Shown one piece after another: positions 63,846 to 64,000 of a stretch of DNA of 64,000 nucleotides. The stretch is from Amoeboaphelidium protococcarum X5 (Eukaryota; Fungi; Aphelidiomycota), in contig JALDTO010000266.1 in the NCBI GenBank assembly GCA_023515725.1, positions 893,070 through 957,069 on the forward strand. The letters run 5' to 3'. A program made the position numbers and the translations under genes. The notes under the pieces are model-generated. The model was not told where the DNA came from and did no database searches. It saw nothing but the letters and a program-made list of their open reading frames with translations. The first letter of the stretch is position 1, and every line of letters begins with the position of its first letter.

Positions 63846-64000
63846 ATGGGTAAAACTAAAAAGTCGTAGTAGAAAGCGAAAAGCAAGTAGACTCTTATAA
63901 CTGAGCAGTCGCATGATAGGATGAATTACTTGTCTCAATTGAGCTTATATGCGGCTGTTGACACTTCTAATCCGTAAATGTAATCTCTCAGCGCGTTCTA
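63846..64000 (+). CDS. RNase P subunit Rpr2/RPP21-like, 5' part only
   Basis: MGKTKK...HDRMNYLSQLS resembles the R(L/M)NYLYQ motif; truncated by the window end. Confidence 0.55.

Overview
Gene-dense eukaryotic (opisthokont, fungus-related) genomic DNA using a non-standard nuclear code: TAA/TAG = Gln, TGA the only stop. The supplied standard-code ORF track therefore shows only fragments. Code, short GT-AG introns and gene content fit an aphelid such as Amoeboaphelidium protococcarum (inference). The left ~26.6 kb is an accessory island: a tandem family of seven divergent ~775-aa F-box-like genes (one intact as assembled, one split), a secreted orphan, a Zisupton/KDZ-like transposase with an inserted WRN-type 3'-5' exonuclease, an intact Crinkler/RHS-type NTPase + restriction-endonuclease-fold + HhH gene lying between the two halves of the split F-box copy, an arsenite methyltransferase and another nuclease-fold orphan. 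The right part is mostly housekeeping: UBE2C-like E2, RanBP9/10, cytochrome b5, MMS2, CSN5, bifunctional AASS, receptor-like kinase, 2H phosphoesterase, imidazolonepropionase, Dicer-like, RPT1, isochorismatase, SEC11, PHF5A, DNAJC11, ArfGAP-PH, HemK, RPL31, AK6 and partial RPP21. It holds a second small accessory patch (43-47 kb: secreted orphan family, ADP-ribosyltransferase-like gene). All translations were done by eye; family calls rest on recalled motifs, not searches.
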